Assembly: GCA_038087875.1 (NCBI GenBank)
Contig: CM075988.1
Location: forward strand, 25,608,001 to 25,672,000
DNA: 64,000 nt
Direction of reading: 5' to 3'
Origin: Malacoraja senta
Taxonomy: Eukaryota
Numbering within the stretch: position 1 is the stretch's first letter; every line of letters begins with the position of its first letter. The notes under the pieces are model-generated. The model did no database searches. It saw only the letters and a list, made by a program, of their open reading frames with translations, and was not told the DNA's origin. The translations under genes and the position numbers were made by a program. Below, in pieces: positions 63,838-64,000 of the stretch.

Positions 63838-64000
63838 TGCAGATGCTGGTTTAAACCGAAGACAGACACAGAAAGCTGGAGTAACTCAGCGGGACAGGCA
63901 GCATCTCTGGAGAGAAGGAATGGGTGACGTTTCGGGTCTGAAGAAAGATCTTGACCCGAATCGTCAGCCATTCCTTCTCTCCAGAGATGCTGCCTGTCCC
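63838..64000. mobile_element. pLTR palindrome (family B), runs off the window
   Basis: gggacaggcagcatctctggagagaagg / ccttctctccagagatgctgcctgtccc. Confidence 0.75.

Overview
Eukaryotic, vertebrate DNA made up mostly of repeats. The repeat set (HE1-type tRNA-derived V-SINEs with HER1/CR1 partner LINE tails, Rex1/Babar, L1, Penelope-like pLTRs, hAT, Tc1 and Harbinger-like MITEs) points to a cartilaginous fish, probably a skate or ray; this is an inference. There is no complete protein-coding gene. The window looks like a large intron or 5' region, with two tentative alternative first exons on + (about 2.5-2.9 kb and 26.0-26.54 kb) and two 200-N assembly gaps. Main signals: (1) about 30 short Penelope-derived pLTR insertions, many palindromic with 11-18 bp TSDs, each carrying a minimal type-I hammerhead-ribozyme core, one attached to a GIY-YIG C-terminal remnant; (2) a candidate composite insertion in which two such palindromes bracket about 1 kb of cargo inside one 14-bp TSD; (3) a family of non-coding, CpG-rich, hairpin-rich retroposons that share a covarying stem-loop but carry either Rex1-type or L2-type tails; (4) repeated short locally templated copies at TE junctions; (5) a retro-insertion whose TSD duplicated a candidate splice donor. 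All family assignments are by eye, without database searches, and element boundaries are approximate unless a TSD is quoted.
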